NCBI RefSeq assembly: GCF_025526975.1
Contig: NW_026515683.1
Span: 372,001-436,000, forward strand
Reading direction: 5' to 3'
DNA: 64,000 nucleotides
Source of the DNA: Fimicolochytrium jonesii
Taxonomy: Eukaryota
In this document: positions 1-13,244 of the stretch, one piece after another
How the letters are laid out: each line of letters opens with the position of its first letter
How positions within the stretch are numbered: position 1 is the stretch's first letter
The notes under the pieces: generated by a model
What the model was told of the DNA's origin: nothing
What the model saw: only the letters and a program-made list of their open reading frames with translations
Databases searched by the model: none
Position numbers and translations under genes: made by a program

Positions 1-2335
1 GCTGCTTCGCAAACACCTCGTACGCGTCGTCCAGGTCGTCTTCAGTGAACGGCATCGCCACGTCCGCGACTTGCTCGCCGGACGCGGTCGTCTTGACTGT
101 GACGGATCCGAGGTCGGGTGCGTTGTCGCCTTTCGTGCCCCATGACACATCGTGCAAGTTGCAAAAAGCGTAAATCATGAAGACGTTGATGTATGTTGGC
201 GTCAGGATCAGGTATTGGGGCAGGCAGGTGACCATGTGGTACCAGTCGGCGTGGGCGAGGGATGCGGTGATGTAGAGGCCGTACGTAGACAGAAGGGACA
301 CGACGAGATCGCGGAAAGTTCCGTTGGTGAAGAAGTAATGGAAGAGTGTGACTTCAGGCTTGTCGATCTCGGTGATCGCCGTCTCTAAAGACGCTTTGAC
401 GGCGGATATCGCCAAGAAGAGCATCAGAATCATGATCAGCCCAAATCCTATCACCAGGGAGTGGTATAAGAACTGAAACAGAAATAGCAATGAGTGAATG
501 TTGTAGACCAAGGTATCACTGATCTGCAGGGTCACACACCTTGGTTCCCTGAGGACGATTGCCCAGCGAGCTAACGAAGATCGCAATGAGCGCGAACAGG
601 TATAATTGTGGAACAATTTGGCTAACGATTTTATTCGCCACTTCGCCGAACGGCACGTTCTGCATCAAGACTTGAAATGATGAAAGACGTCAATCCAGCA
701 CATGCACCGCGCGAAGTACAAGCACTACTCACAATGAAAGGCAAGGTAGAAATTTCCGAGAGCAAACCAACTGAATAGCAGATTGACTCCGTTGTAGAAG
801 AACTCAAAGAGAAGAGCAGTCTTGCGGCCAGTGCTGTGCGCTGATCTCTGTAATTATATGTAGGGTAAGAAGCTGCCCACCGCGAGTGCCAAAACGATTG
901 CCCGAAACTTACGAAAATGTTCTTCCAGTGCCAGACAGCGTACAAACTTGCAAAGAAGGACCCGTTCAACCACCGTCGACGCTGGGAAATCAGTTCCGCC
1001 AGTCTGTCCGGAACATCCGTCTCGGCATGGGCGTCCTTGCAGTATCGGAGAACGTACTTGTCGTTTCGCTTGGTCACCAGCTCAAAACACAGGATACGGT
1101 CTTCGGCAAGGTACATGTTTGCAGCGAAAATGTCCGCTCCTCCATGCAGTTCTTCTCCCTTGAAGTACGCATCAAGGGGCGCGCCTTGTAAGGCTTTGTA
1201 ACGATACGCGCTGAATGCTCCAGGCAAGACCGAAATATAACCGAAAACGGATTCAAGTGGTTTGTCGAGGATGTTGGACATCTTGTACTCGAAGTTTTGA
1301 GATGCAACGAGTGGGTTGATCAGGTTCTTCCAATAAGGTCCCAGTTCCGCCTTGATTTCCCCACAGGCTCCGCCGACGTTCTCGTTGCGCTCGAATGCCC
1401 GGTAGAGATGGTAGAAGGACTCCCGAGAAGGAACAGTGCCGACATCCAAGAGGAAGCAGACCTCAGGATCGATGGTGTTGCAGATTGCGTTGAAGAACCA
1501 TCTGTGAGAGTTGATCTTCTTGGCGTTTTTCTCCTTCAGCACGAAGACCGTTTGCATGGGCACCATGGGATATTTAACATTGGAATCGGTGCGCGGGTAT
1601 AAGTCTTTGTTGATGGCGACTTGTGTTGTGTACTCGAAGATGTGGGCTTTCACGTCTTTGCCGTTGACGGATCCCTTCGCGAGGCCATCGGCGTAACATC
1701 CCATAACCCCCAACAAGGTAAGAACTTTTGGGTTGATTTTCGAGCGACCGTCGCTAACAATGACCTGTATGAGAGGTGAGAACGGGCCCTTCGTGATGGA
1801 TCAAAATTCGTGCAACATCGGGAAAACCACTCACCACAACGAAATTCTTCCAGCCATCTGGGCCCCAGCTGTAAGGGCATTCATCACTGCACAGATACGC
1901 GATGTTCTTCATGACAGCGTACATGGATTTGGCGAAAAGAACATCATCTTCGTTATACATCGTCACGACACATGCAACCTTGGTCGTGCGCTTGAACATG
2001 CGCTGTCTGAGGGTGTAACCTTTGCTGAAGTCCCCAGGCTCAGATGTACAAGCGGTGTAACGCATGTAGTTGAACTCCTGCCCATCGACGTGAGTCGCCT
2101 TGTGAAGGACATGCTTGGAGATTGGTTGATCGACCACAAAGGCCCCGGTATTCGCTAGTGTCACTCGCTTGATGGTTTTGGTGCGACCAAGGCCTTCGCC
2201 TCCCAGATCCTCTGGAATGAAGGTGCGAACGCTCGCGCTGGGAAAGGAAGGGCGTTAGGACGATGAGGGGCGCAAGTTGTTTGGGAAGTTCAAACGCTCC
2301 ACATACTTGCTATCCTTAAGTGGCTCGTACTCCAT
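1..2335 (-). CDS. CHS: Chitin synthase (GT2, division 1, class I/II/III-like), multi-exon, 3' end beyond window start
   Basis: Motifs [63 protein letters not shown]. Exon 1 ([12 protein letters not shown] 2335) splices via GTATGT..CAG in frame into exon 2. Confidence 0.96.
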
Positions 2336-5055
2336 CCTGGTTTATGGTTAGGTGTTTGGGTGTTTGCCAAGAGAATGCAGGGGCGCAGATGTGGTGTGCG
2401 GCAGCAATCTCGGACTTCGATTCCCTGTGCTTCACGTCTAAAGCTTGTTGTCGCCTCCGCTCGATATCGCTCTTACAATACTCTCTGTCGTTGACACACC
2501 GTGTGCTTCTGCCCTCCTGTTCTGCTGTTTGCGCGGTTTAACTGCGGAGGGGCGGGATGAGAAGGGGAGGGGGACTTATATTGGGCCATGCAAACGTTCT
2601 CACGGAGGATTCCTCGATTTCCCAAGGCGGCCAGCCTCACTCAACCTTGGCTGTTTGGACGGAGGGCGATGAAATCCATGCGGTTCATCGGCAATCTCAA
2701 TGGAGACGCGCCGAAGTCAGCGACTCTGTCACACGTCCATCCAGAATGCCGCTGGCCGCAGCGAGCGCCACTTCTCCCCTTGTGAAATGTGGCTCAGCTT
2801 GCTGCCCAGTTTCTTGCCGGAGTTGAAACCTGAAACCGCAGACCCACCTGAGAGTAAGAAGGAGTGGAGACAGCCAGGTTGCGTCAGGAGAGCATCGATC
2901 GAGGCATATCGTCTTTCATATACCAGTTCACAATGGGGTCCCAGCGGGTCGCGGCGGTATACGCGTTCACTCGGGGTATCGGTGATACAAGCACAATGAC
3001 CTTCCTTGGGAACAGCTATTTCAAAGGGGGTTTCCAGAGGAGCTCAGCTTCTCAATAGTCAGTGCGCTTCCAGTCCTTCCCCCACAACCAGATTTATCAT
3101 GATCAGGATGACTACTGCAACGCGGAGTATGAGCAAAAAGCTCGAAAAAAAAGGTTCCCAACCTGTATGGAGTCAACGTCGACGAGCTTGCCATTCACTG
3201 CGAAGTCCAAAGCGCCAAAAGGTGGGGTTTGAAGAGGTTGCGCCGACCAGCTGCGTTCCATCGTCCGCTCCAAGATCTAGTCTGATCGGTAAGTTCTCGG
3301 CTAGGGAAACGCATCCCACATCAGGTCCATGGTTCAGGGTTGAGCTGCCATCCAATGCTACACATGGACTATTCCGCACTCTCACTTAGGGAAAAGAAGG
3401 CTGGAGACGCTCAATGCAACTGGAGGACTAAAAAGGATTACGGTCTCTCACCGGTGTTGAGCCTGCTCACTGGGAGGCCTAGGGTCAGCCCACGGCAACC
3501 CCGCACCAACAAACCCGGCAATATCTCGGATGCGCGAAGGGTCAATTACGGTGGGCGATCTCCATGTTGGTAATCATCGGAGAATTCAAAAGGACAACCT
3601 TATCTTCCCACAACGAGCCAGCAAACTGGCTGCATAGATGGCACATGTGGCTTCCTTGACCCCCGGGGCGACCCATGACAAAGGGGCACTAAACTTACTC
3701 TCATAGCTCAGTTTGCTGAACGCCTGCTAGTGTGAAGTCCCAGAATCACATTGCTTGGTGAAGGGCATATGGATCATAAAGGCCCGAGGTTCCTCAAGCG
3801 AGCCTCTGAGAAGCATACAGTACCTCTTCATGGCTAACCGGAAAGCATGTCCTCCATCACTCTCCGATGCAAGTGACCCCAACTGGCCAGATCTCGCCAG
3901 CAGTCTATCGCTGTTCGGCCCTCAACGATACGTCATATCTCACTCATCTCAGTCCTGAACTTAGGAAGCCACACTCAACCGGAAGAATAATCTCACCTGA
4001 GTCACCTCACGTTGGTTGTAAAGGTTGGGGCCTTTGGGCAGATCATAGGTCGACGCCGCGTTCCCGGGAAGCGTGCCCTCACTGATCAACGAAGGATATA
4101 TGACAGCACGGCGTTTCACTCTGCGTTCTGGAAGCGTCGACTTTTGTCCCAATTGCAGTCTCAAGGAGCGGGTTGTGGCAAAAGTTCCCAAGCCGTTTCT
4201 TTCTCCGCGGCGTGGAGTTTGATGTGGCGTCAGCTTGCCGATCTAGGGAAGAGCGGTTTGCAAGCGAGAGAGACCATACTTAGATTGCCGAAGATACGGC
4301 GCCTAAAAGACTATGTATGAAAAGCATTGCCGGCTTGATTGCCATCTGCCGAATTTTCCGAACGGTTTAGGACCGGACGGGCCTCCTTTTGATGTGCATC
4401 ATCGGGTATGAAATCATAACAAACATGCTTTTGGCACGCACCGTGGAAAAGACCCGGGCGGTTATTCTCGATCGCACGTGTAAATCGGCGCCACTGATTG
4501 CACGGGAGGACGCTTTGCAGGGGAAGGATGTGAGGAGATGGCATAGAACAATGTCGAGTAGAATAAGGAATGTTGCAGCTAACTGATAACCTTGATTGCG
4601 CAAGGAGGCAAAGAATGAGGGGGGCGAAAGCAGACGCGTTCAATTGACAGGAAGACGCTTGTGGCGGTTGCTGCGCGCGCGCAGTTGTTACTTGAACTTG
4701 CGACGCGTCCCAGTACGACCTGTCGTCTGATGGGGGATTTTCTCGCGGCGGGGACATTCGGGGGATGATGACTTTGAAGTGGCGGATCCGAAGAATGCCC
4801 AGAATCTCCTTTTTTCTCGGTGATTGGCCACCGCCGCTCCCCTCTCCGGAAAGAATCCACCCAGGCGGGCCAGATCTACTGTGCCGCCATCGTATTTGAA
4901 CAAGGTGGCCTCCGTATAGAAGCCCTCCGTCACTTTTCACCATCGTCGCATTGCGGGCAGCAAGTGATTTCAGTTTCGTCTCCAAATCTTTTCAAGGCAA
5001 TAGGGAAGCCGTACCCAGCGACACAAAGGCACACTGAAGACACGCCGAATTCGTT

Positions 5056-6670
5056 ATGACACACATGGTCTTTCGCGAGACCACCGGCTCAGTAGTCCTC
5101 GACCTGGATCGCAGCAACGACTCTGACCAAGACACACCTCTCTTGACACGGCGGTCCGACAGCAACAGCGATGACGACACGTCCTCCATCGAGACACTCA
5201 GCGAGTGGCGGAACCTCAAGTCCTCCTGCTCCTCACCCACGCCCGCTCGTATCGTTCCACCACCCACCACATCCATCCCGGTAGCGGGCAAGCTCGACTA
5301 TCTGGAAGGACTCCGCGGCGTCGCAGCCTTGGCTGTGGCGAATGCGCATATATGGCTGATGGATATCGTTGGCGACACGACGGCGATGAAATACGTGCAA
5401 TTCCTGTCTGTTATTTGCGAGCTTCACGTCTCGCTGTTCTTTGTGCTCAGCGGTCGAGTGCTGGTCATAAGTTTCTTCAAGCGGAGGGATCCGGCGATCA
5501 TGGCTTCCGCGGCCGTAAAAAGGCCATGGCGTCTGGGACTGCCCTTGTTGGGAATGTTGATATTTCACGTCATCTTGTTCAACATGGGATACAAGCAGGA
5601 AACGAATGATTCCTCGGAGCATCATTCCATCGTGCGCATCTTATGGGCTATTCCAAGATTTGTGAGTTCAAATTAACTGTGCTCTTCCTCTTCCAGATGG
5701 TCAATTTTGCTTAATGACATCTTGCTCCCCTATGCAGTTTATATACTCGAAATCGTATCCATACCCAATCTTTGTCCAATGGACCATCGGCGCCGAGTTT
5801 TGGAACTCTTACTACGTATATCTCTACGCGTTGATCATCGCGGCGATCCCGCGAAACAAATATCTATTCCACGCCATCGTCATCTCCCTGGCATGGTATG
5901 GCCGCATGTGGGCTGCATGCTTCTTCTACGGGGTCTTCCTATCCGACTTCATCCAAGATGGGCACATGAGGACAGTCATGTCCCTATCAAGCCGGACGCT
6001 CGTCTACATCCGAACGATCTTATGCGTCATCCTAGTGATCATGTGCAAAGGCGAGATGGACAAAGACCACGGCCTGTTCAAATGGTTCAACACCTGGGTC
6101 CCCAGCCTCGACAGCGGCATCGTCGAAACCAACGAAAGCTGGCAATTCTGGAACCCCTCCCCGATCCGCATGACGGGCGCCATCCTCGCCGTCACCCTCC
6201 TCGAAATCACCCCGCTGCTCCAACGCTTCTTCTCCCTCCGCGCCTGCAAGTTCCTTGGCGATATCTCATTCATGCTCTATCTCGGCCACCCGATCGTGTA
6301 CAAGCTGATACAGAACCCGATCAAGGAATGGGTGCTTGCGTTCGGGCTGTGGCCGTGGGTCTCCGTTACCATCGCTTACTTTATGATCATGTCCGTCAAC
6401 GTCGCGTTGGCGTATGTTATGTATAGGCTCATCGACATGCCCAGCGTCGAGGTAACAAAATGGATCGACGCGACGTTGTTTGGCAAGCCACGGCCAGCGT
6501 CGGCGGTCGACTTGACGGCAAACTTGAAGGGCGCCGCACCACCCTCGCGGCTGCCACCGATCGTCAACGGCGCCATTCAGGTAGCGAAACGGTCGTTGAT
6601 GATTTTGCCGGTCAAGTTCATGAAGATCGTGCGGGGGGAAAAACATCACCAGGCATATAAAGGCGTTTGA
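5056..6670 (+). CDS. Acyltransferase family 3 (OafA-like multi-pass membrane O-acyltransferase), one intron ~5662-5737
   Basis: LDYLEGLRGVAALAV, FFVLSG, RPWRL, WTIGAEF, FLGDISFMLYLGH motifs; many hydrophobic segments. Confidence 0.88.
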
Positions 6671-7335
6671 ACCGCAGATTTTGGAGGGAATCCCCACCAC
6701 GCTTTATATCATAACCAAAACCGTAACGTCGATATTTATTCCCCAGCTCAGATTTTGCGAAACTCCCATATCTTTTCTGTGCGGTCGTCGGTCCCAAGTT
6801 GGTGGTGTAACTTATGGATCTGATCGAAATTGTTGCGCCGCCTCCGCCCCCACGCCGCTCGAATGGCAACCAATGTACATTTCTGTTGTATTCAATCATC
6901 GATGTTTCTTTTTTGAAGCTTCTCTTGCCTATGCCGCTGTGGCAGTTCGTTCCATCAAACAGCGGGATTGTAGCGGGATGATGGCCGTGCCATTTTCATT
7001 GTGACGTGAAGAAAGGGGACAGTTTTTGAAGACACAACTTCTCTTTATTTACATACCACCGGCCAGAGGCGAGCTCGCGTCCCGAGCAGTACAGGCAATG
7101 GGTGTTGACAGTCCAACTAGGCCAGACCTGCTGACCTAGATGGCCAACGTGTCGCCACGAGTGCTGCGGAGTTGCCTGACCTCGTTAATAGAGAGGAAGA
7201 GAGGAAAGGGACCACTGCGAAGAACAACAGCTCAATGGAGTATATTGGATAAAGAGAAGCAGGAAAAAGGACGCAAAGTCCGACAACGACGACAAAGGGG
7301 AAAAGGAGACGCTACTGAATAGAACTGTCCAATGG

Positions 7336-7483
7336 TCACGTGAGCGCACGACTCCCTTGCAACCACCCAACAACGCGTCCAGAACTGCGTAGTAAACGCG
7401 TCAACAGCTGCGTAATAAACTAGTCATTCGCAGCACGTGACGCTGCCTCACTCCAGCGTGGTTACTGTACGGGTTAGGGTTAG
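7336..7483. promoter_or_regulatory. Motif-dense promoter: two CACGTG E-boxes, two ACGCGT (MCB-like) sites within a 23-bp tandem duplication, and a telomeric-type GGGTTAGGGTTAG
   Basis: TCACGTGA 7336-7343, ACGCGT 7373-7378 and 7396-7401, CACGTG 7434-7439, GGGTTAGGGTTAG 7471-7483, just upstream of the gene at 7586/7643. Function is inferred. Confidence 0.45.
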
Positions 7484-7585
7484 ACTGCCCGAGTCCAACG
7501 CGCACGGCGAACTCCCCAACTGGTCCAACTTCCACAACTCCCCACAAGCCCACTTTCCAAGCAACCAGATCAACAACAATCCTCA

Positions 7586-9215
7586 ATGCTCGCCGCCCAC
7601 CCCGCTGGCTTAGAACCCCCCTCTCCACAACAACCAGAAGTCATGTCCGAGGTTACAAAGCTCGACGCTATCCCAGCTTCCGAGAAGCTTGCTGGCGTAC
7701 AACCGACGAAGCCTGCCGAAGCTGTCCAAGCGAACCAAATTGCCAAGTCATCGCCTGTGAAACAAACGGAAGACACAAGGACAGGACAAGACGATAAACC
7801 TTTATCACCCTCCGCTGTCGTAGATGTTCCCCGGTCGGTGAAAGAATCGGATGGGACTCAATCTCCATCGCATGACACTCAAGCCCCAGCCAACGAAGCG
7901 GCCCCTGCCACAGACCCAGCCCCCAGCTCCAGTCCACCGAAAGAGAAACGAAATAATGAACGACAGGGAGGGAATGTCCGTGGACGTGGGCAGAGAGGTA
8001 GAGGGCGTGGTGGTGCAGGTCGGGGCTCGGTAAGTGAGAATTTTCCCAGCGGGGACAGCTGAAGTGGGACTTAAACCGCCATCATTATGCAGAATACGGC
8101 AACAGATGCAAATGGTGATCGAAGGCGGAAGGATCCGACTGGAGGGTCTTCGGAAGATGCGACAGCGGCGACAGGGAACGAAGCAGCTGGGGTTACGAAG
8201 CCAGCAGCTGGGCCTTACAGGAATCCTAATCGTGTACTCACCGGCGGGGCTGACAAGAAGGTATCACACGATGAGATGTAGCTGGTCGGGAAGCACGGCG
8301 CTGACATAATTCTTAGACGCAGCGCCTCACGAAAGAGGAACTTGACCTCAAGATGCGGGAGATGCGCCGTCTCAATGCCGAGCTCGTAGCGAAGAAAGAG
8401 GTACGTTGCGGAACGTGGTCAGCATGAGAGTACGTGCTCATTACAAAGTCACTGATCCCGTTCTTCATGCGTAGGCCGTGGCAGCAGATGAACAAGCATG
8501 GCACGACGCCGAGAGGGTTCGCACAGCACAAGAGCAACAGGAGCGCGAGCAACGACTGGCACAAGAGGCTGCTAACCGCGCTGCGCAACGGAAGAAGCAA
8601 GAAGAGACGATGCGGATTCAGGCTCAGTTGAAGTACGTCACACCTTAAAGTCCCGTCGATTGTCCCCCAAACTCACTCGGAAAGCCCCCAAACTCACTCG
8701 GATTGCATTAATCTTCCAGGCGCGAACGAGCGGAAAACGCCGCCCGAAAAGCCCAATCCATGGCATCCCGCGAATGGGACGTCGGCAAGACCAACGACCT
8801 TGCCGGCCGCGCGACCGACCACACACCCAGCAGCAGCCAATGGCAAGCCTACGACGGATACTCGCGCAACAACCGAGACGACCAACAGCAGCAGCAATCC
8901 TCTCAACAACGGCCCGAGTTCAACGGCAGCAGATGGGGTCATGACGATCGGGGGCCCGCGCAGCGGTACGGCAGCGGTGGTGGACGCGATGCTGCTAGCA
9001 GCGGCGTCGGGCGTGGACGAGGAGGCGTGAGGTACACTGAGAAGCGCAATCAACCCGATCAGCAGCAGCAAAGCAAGGGCGAACCCGCCAAGCCGGAGAA
9101 GGTGGTGACTGTAGAGGAAAAGCCGGCGGCTGCCGAGGAAAAGAAGAGCGAGCCGACGCCGGATTGGGGCGCGAAGGCTGCGGAGGGCGCGAAGTTGGGG
9201 TGGGGCGATGAATGA
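7586..9215 (+). CDS. Hypothetical low-complexity RG/Q-rich protein with central coiled coil (possible RNA-associated protein), multi-exon
   Basis: RGRGQRGRGRGG tract; spliced NPNRVLTGGADKK..LTKEELDLKMREMRRLNAELVAKKE coiled coil; canonical GT-AG introns; stop 9213-9215. Start may be ATG 7643. Confidence 0.7.
8664..8702 (+). repeat. Direct duplication of CCCCCAAACTCACTCGGA inside an intron
   Basis: Two exact 18-nt copies, 8664-8681 and 8685-8702. Confidence 0.85.
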
Positions 9216-9977
9216 GCGGCGAGATTGGAGCGCTCTGAACATCTCGCAGCGTGGGAGGGAGGCCTCGTCTGAGAGGAGCGACGTTCGCCTTCCCACCGCG
9301 TGCATAAATGCATTTATGTCTGGATCGCTGGCCGTACATTCAGCTTGGAAGTGGAAACCCATCAACGAACGTGACACACCCGCCATCAGAGGAACTCTCT
9401 TCGGTACTCCTCGTCTCCCAACGCCGGCGTTTTGAGCCGAGGAAACCCTCCCACGTGTCCGGCGTAATTTGTTGAAAGGGCGGAAAGGAGCCTAGGTTAG
9501 TAGTGGAGGTAGCGGACTGGGACTTAGCGAGCACGTATGGTCTTTTTTGCCGGTCTCCTGTAACACTTTTGCCGGTCTCCAGTAACATGGGGAGCTCGAA
9601 GAGTGCAGATGCGTGGTTCTTGGCTTGCGAAAGCGGTCGGTAGTCGTATGTGTGCAGTAGCTGAGTTGTGTCTAAGGCGTTTATACGTAATAGTCCCCTG
9701 TTATGACATTCAGTATGTTTACATGGCATGAAGCAGATTGCGGCTGCACGATGTCAGGAAGGAAAATGTGGTCGTTTTGTGATGAAAAATGCTTCCAGAA
9801 ATCCTTCAAGTTCATGCGAGTCTGTCCAAAAACCAGCGGCTACATACAATCTATTTACGAAGAGCCGAGCTAAAAGCAAAAGCAAGCACAAGGGTATCCA
9901 ACTGTAGCAAGAAAGGGTCATCATAGCATAAGGAAAGTGAAACAAAAACAAGGAAAGCTTTCTAACAAACGTCCAGT

Positions 9978-12227
9978 CTACCATTCCATATCCATCTGCC
10001 CATCGTCCCCCTCATCTCTATCCCCACCATCATCCAATCCCTGCTGCCTCTCCCTCCGATTCCACCCCAAACACCTCTCCAACCCCCTAAACCAATCCCT
10101 GCTCTGATCCTCCCAACACACACTCGGCACCGGCCAATTCGCGGCTTTGACAACCACACAATCCCCCTTCCCCAAACAAACCCGCTTCCGGCCATCAAAA
10201 CTCGCATACGCCGTCGCCCTCGAGTCGCTCGGCACCGCTATACGCAGCTCCATCGTGTCGGGGAGGATCATGGGGCGGAAGGAGAGGGTGTGTGGGCAGA
10301 TGGGGGTGACGAGGATGGCGGAGACGTCCGGGTGGACCAGGGAGCCGCCCGAGGAGAGGGAGTAGGCGGTGGACCCGGTCGGGGTGGAGATGATGAGGCC
10401 GTCGGCGTGGACGGTGGTGAGGTGGGTGTCGTTGCCGTAGAGCTCGAGTTGGGACATGAAGGGGGAGGGGCCGCGGTCAATTGTTAGGTCGTTGAGGATT
10501 TGGTACGTTGTGTTGTGGTCAGGGTCGTCTTCGGAGGTATCATTGGACTTGCCGTTGCTGACGGCATTTTTAGGTTGTGCGGAACCGCCGTTGTAGCGAC
10601 GGATGGTACAGCTGAACCGCATGCGGAAGTTCATCCGCAGACCCTTTGTGAGACCCGTCTCCATGACCGTCTCCGTGATTGTTTTGCGAAAAACGGCGAA
10701 ATCAAATGTAGTCAAGAATCCAAGACTGCCCAGACGGAACGGCAGTAAAGGTGGGCATTTGTTTTGGAAGAGCCACGCTGCAAAGAGGACGGTGCCATCA
10801 CCACCGAGTGTGATGACAAAGTCGATTTTGGATGGCTGCGGCGTCAAGGCTGGTTCGGCAGGCGGTTGATCTTCGGATGGCGTGGATGTGACTGAAGATG
10901 GGTTTGGCTCGTTTTGAGATGCTGTTGATGTGCTTGATGTCGTTGACGCGCAAGTCTTCCACCACTTCAAGCTTGTGACGAGACTCTCGTACGAGCTTAT
11001 CGCTGAAACTGCTTTTTTATTCGTATTCGCCGCCCTTTCATGGCTCCTCAGCTCCTCCGCTATCTGCTCATACCGAAACGATGGATCACTCTTCAAGCGT
11101 TCCTCCACATACACCGTCAGCTGCACATCTGTGATAAGCCACTTGGCGACATGATGGGTGATCTTGACCAATTGCGGATCATGCAATTTCGTCACAATCA
11201 GTACACTCTTTGGCGGTCGGTCCCAGATGAGCTGAGCGCGACCAATCTTCCTTGCGATCTCCCGCAGGCCTACGGCGGTCTTTGCCAACTCACTGTGTGA
11301 GTTACTCCGCGAGCGGCGCCGGCTTGGCGGTGCGCCACCTGACCTTGTCTCCGCCAACGGGTTGTCGCCTCCGCTACCGTTGGCAGATTGGAAAGGGGTG
11401 ATGTTCGGACAACCATTCGACGCATCATCTCCTCGCGCCAGTCGCGCGACGGTCGGGTTTTCCGCTACGGATTGTCGGCTGAGCGTTTGTTGAGAGCCTG
11501 ACCGGTATAGCTTGCCTTCCGAATCCCGATCTTCCCTGTCGTAGGAGAATGGAGATTCGAGCATCGATTGGGACTGACTGTCCCTTTGCGATGACGTACT
11601 ATTCCGCTTTTGCGAAATGCCTCCCAGGTTCCCCTCCGCGGCTCCCCCTCCTTGCTGGCTATCTGGTGAATCTTCCAGCTCTTTCCCTAAGCTTTCAGTC
11701 TCCGCCCCAACCGTTTCTTTGGCCAAATCACATCCCGCCTGGCCCACCAAATCCAATCTCCATAGCAGAGCCTCGATTGTGGGAGTGAGCGGAGAGGGGA
11801 TAGGGCTTGTCGATTCCAGCGTATGACGATGTTTCCCCCCTCCCGCGGCAGACGCAGGCGACAACAGACGGTTCAGGGGTTTCGGTGTGCTGCAGGTAGT
11901 ATTCGCACTCATTTGATGCGGTGGTGTCCGTGAACCGAAGCCTGTGCCCGCGGAGGTTTGTGTGGCCTGGCTTTCTGCGTCCCCAACTTCACCAGGCCCA
12001 TTCCCAGCCTGCTGCCCAGGTGTTCCGTGTTCGGACCCCCGCGTTCTCTCCTCTGACTTGACAGGCCTCGCAAAGTGGAGGTTCTCCGTTCTCACAGACA
12101 GGCCAGGTGAAAGTTTGGATGGTGTCTGCGGGGTTCCATCTTGCTGCGCTTTCGCGTCCGCGGCCGAGGGACGCAATGACGACCGCGGGATTTCCACGCG
12201 AGGAACGTTTACGCCGGGGTGAGGCAT
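9978..12227 (-). CDS. ATP-NAD(H) kinase (Utr1/Yef1-like) with long disordered N-terminus, intronless
   Basis: LGGDGTVL, LGSLGFLT, LND, ADGLIISTPTGSTAYSLSSGG, TPICPHTLSFRP. First ATG 12227; in-frame stop upstream at ~12315. Confidence 0.95.
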   Translation of the reverse strand: MPHPGVNVPRVEIPRSSLRPSAADAKAQQDGTPQTPSKLSPGLSVRTENLHFARPVKSEERTRGSEHGTPGQQAGNGPGEVGDAESQATQTSAGTGFGSRTPPHQMSANTTCSTPKPLNRLLSPASAAGGGKHRHTLESTSPIPSPLTPTIEALLWRLDLVGQAGCDLAKETVGAETESLGKELEDSPDSQQGGGAAEGNLGGISQKRNSTSSQRDSQSQSMLESPFSYDREDRDSEGKLYRSGSQQTLSRQSVAENPTVARLARGDDASNGCPNITPFQSANGSGGDNPLAETRSGGAPPSRRRSRSNSHSELAKTAVGLREIARKIGRAQLIWDRPPKSVLIVTKLHDPQLVKITHHVAKWLITDVQLTVYVEERLKSDPSFRYEQIAEELRSHERAANTNKKAVSAISSYESLVTSLKWWKTCASTTSSTSTASQNEPNPSSVTSTPSEDQPPAEPALTPQPSKIDFVITLGGDGTVLFAAWLFQNKCPPLLPFRLGSLGFLTTFDFAVFRKTITETVMETGLTKGLRMNFRMRFSCTIRRYNGGSAQPKNAVSNGKSNDTSEDDPDHNTTYQILNDLTIDRGPSPFMSQLELYGNDTHLTTVHADGLIISTPTGSTAYSLSSGGSLVHPDVSAILVTPICPHTLSFRPMILPDTMELRIAVPSDSRATAYASFDGRKRVCLGKGDCVVVKAANWPVPSVCWEDQSRDWFRGLERCLGWNRRERQQGLDDGGDRDEGDDGQMDMEW

Positions 12228-13244
12228 CGCCAATCGAAAAGCGCTTCCAACTGTTGCCGAGGTATTTCTGGCTTGGTCTAGAGGGTGTTCGCAAGGGCTT
12301 GTTCCGCGAGTTGGTCAGCGGAGGGCGGAGCAAACCGAAAGTCCCAGGAAAGACCGTACGTCCGTGTTGGCAACCCAGATGCTTCGACGGCCTGCTGGGA
12401 CGCTAGGAGGGCGGGAATGAAGATATGCTGGCTGAGGCGTTGAGTGTTTGATAAGGGGCGGCACAGCAGAACGCAAGATGCGCGTGATTCCTTATGGCGG
12501 GGTGAACGGGCGACGACGGGCGGAGTGCTTGCTATAGTTGATTCTCAGGCGGCAATCACCCTTTGGAAATTCAAAAGTGGCGCAGCTCCATTGTCACTCC
12601 GACGCGGTCCTGTCACTCTGAAGGTGTTCTCGGCAATTCTCAATGTCGATATAGAAGCTGCCTGCGAAAAAGTGATCGATTTGCCTTTCAAGCGCTCCTG
12701 CCATGACCCCATCCCGAAACCCGCTTCTGCTTCGCAAGGTCTTAGAACCTATCCTCGAGGATTCTGACTAATATACCGTAGGTAGCGGCACACGGCTGGA
12801 GCCAGCTATCAGGAGTGATAACCGCGGATAGCAGCAATTTTTGAGTAGGTGAACGAAGCGAGAGATCGGCGACGACTGCGACATTGGTTTCCATTACCCA
12901 GGGACCGGTTATTTGCAACGGCAAAATTTGTCGAGGGTATCGTTCTTGAAGATATGGATGCTAGCAAGATGTTGTATAAAGCGCGCGACGACGATAGTGA
13001 CGAGGAGTAGATATCTCATGATAGATGTCCCATGTTTCTAAATGGCTCATATGAAACTAGGCAGATTCTATATTTACAGTACGTCCTGATCCCGCATTCC
13101 TTGTTCATACAGAAAACTGAATATGCCGTGTCATACATAGTACTACCGCACATGAGTTCGGACCGCAGTCTCCCAACCCTTCCCAGTAGCCAACTGCTGG
13201 CCTCTTCCCCAAAAACCCCAAAAACGGACATCCACCTTCCACCC

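Noticed and set aside
3697..3800. TAGCTCAGTT resembling a tRNA D-arm/A-box
   Set aside because: No proper GGTTCRA T-loop at tRNA spacing and no acceptor stem.
4311..4985. 224-aa minus-strand ORF upstream of the acyltransferase
   Set aside because: Non-ATG start, no recognisable motifs; likely a chance ORF in GC-rich DNA.
7471..7483. Telomere or chromosome-fusion scar
   Set aside because: Only about two TTAGGG units in a gene-dense promoter; kept only as a possible binding motif.
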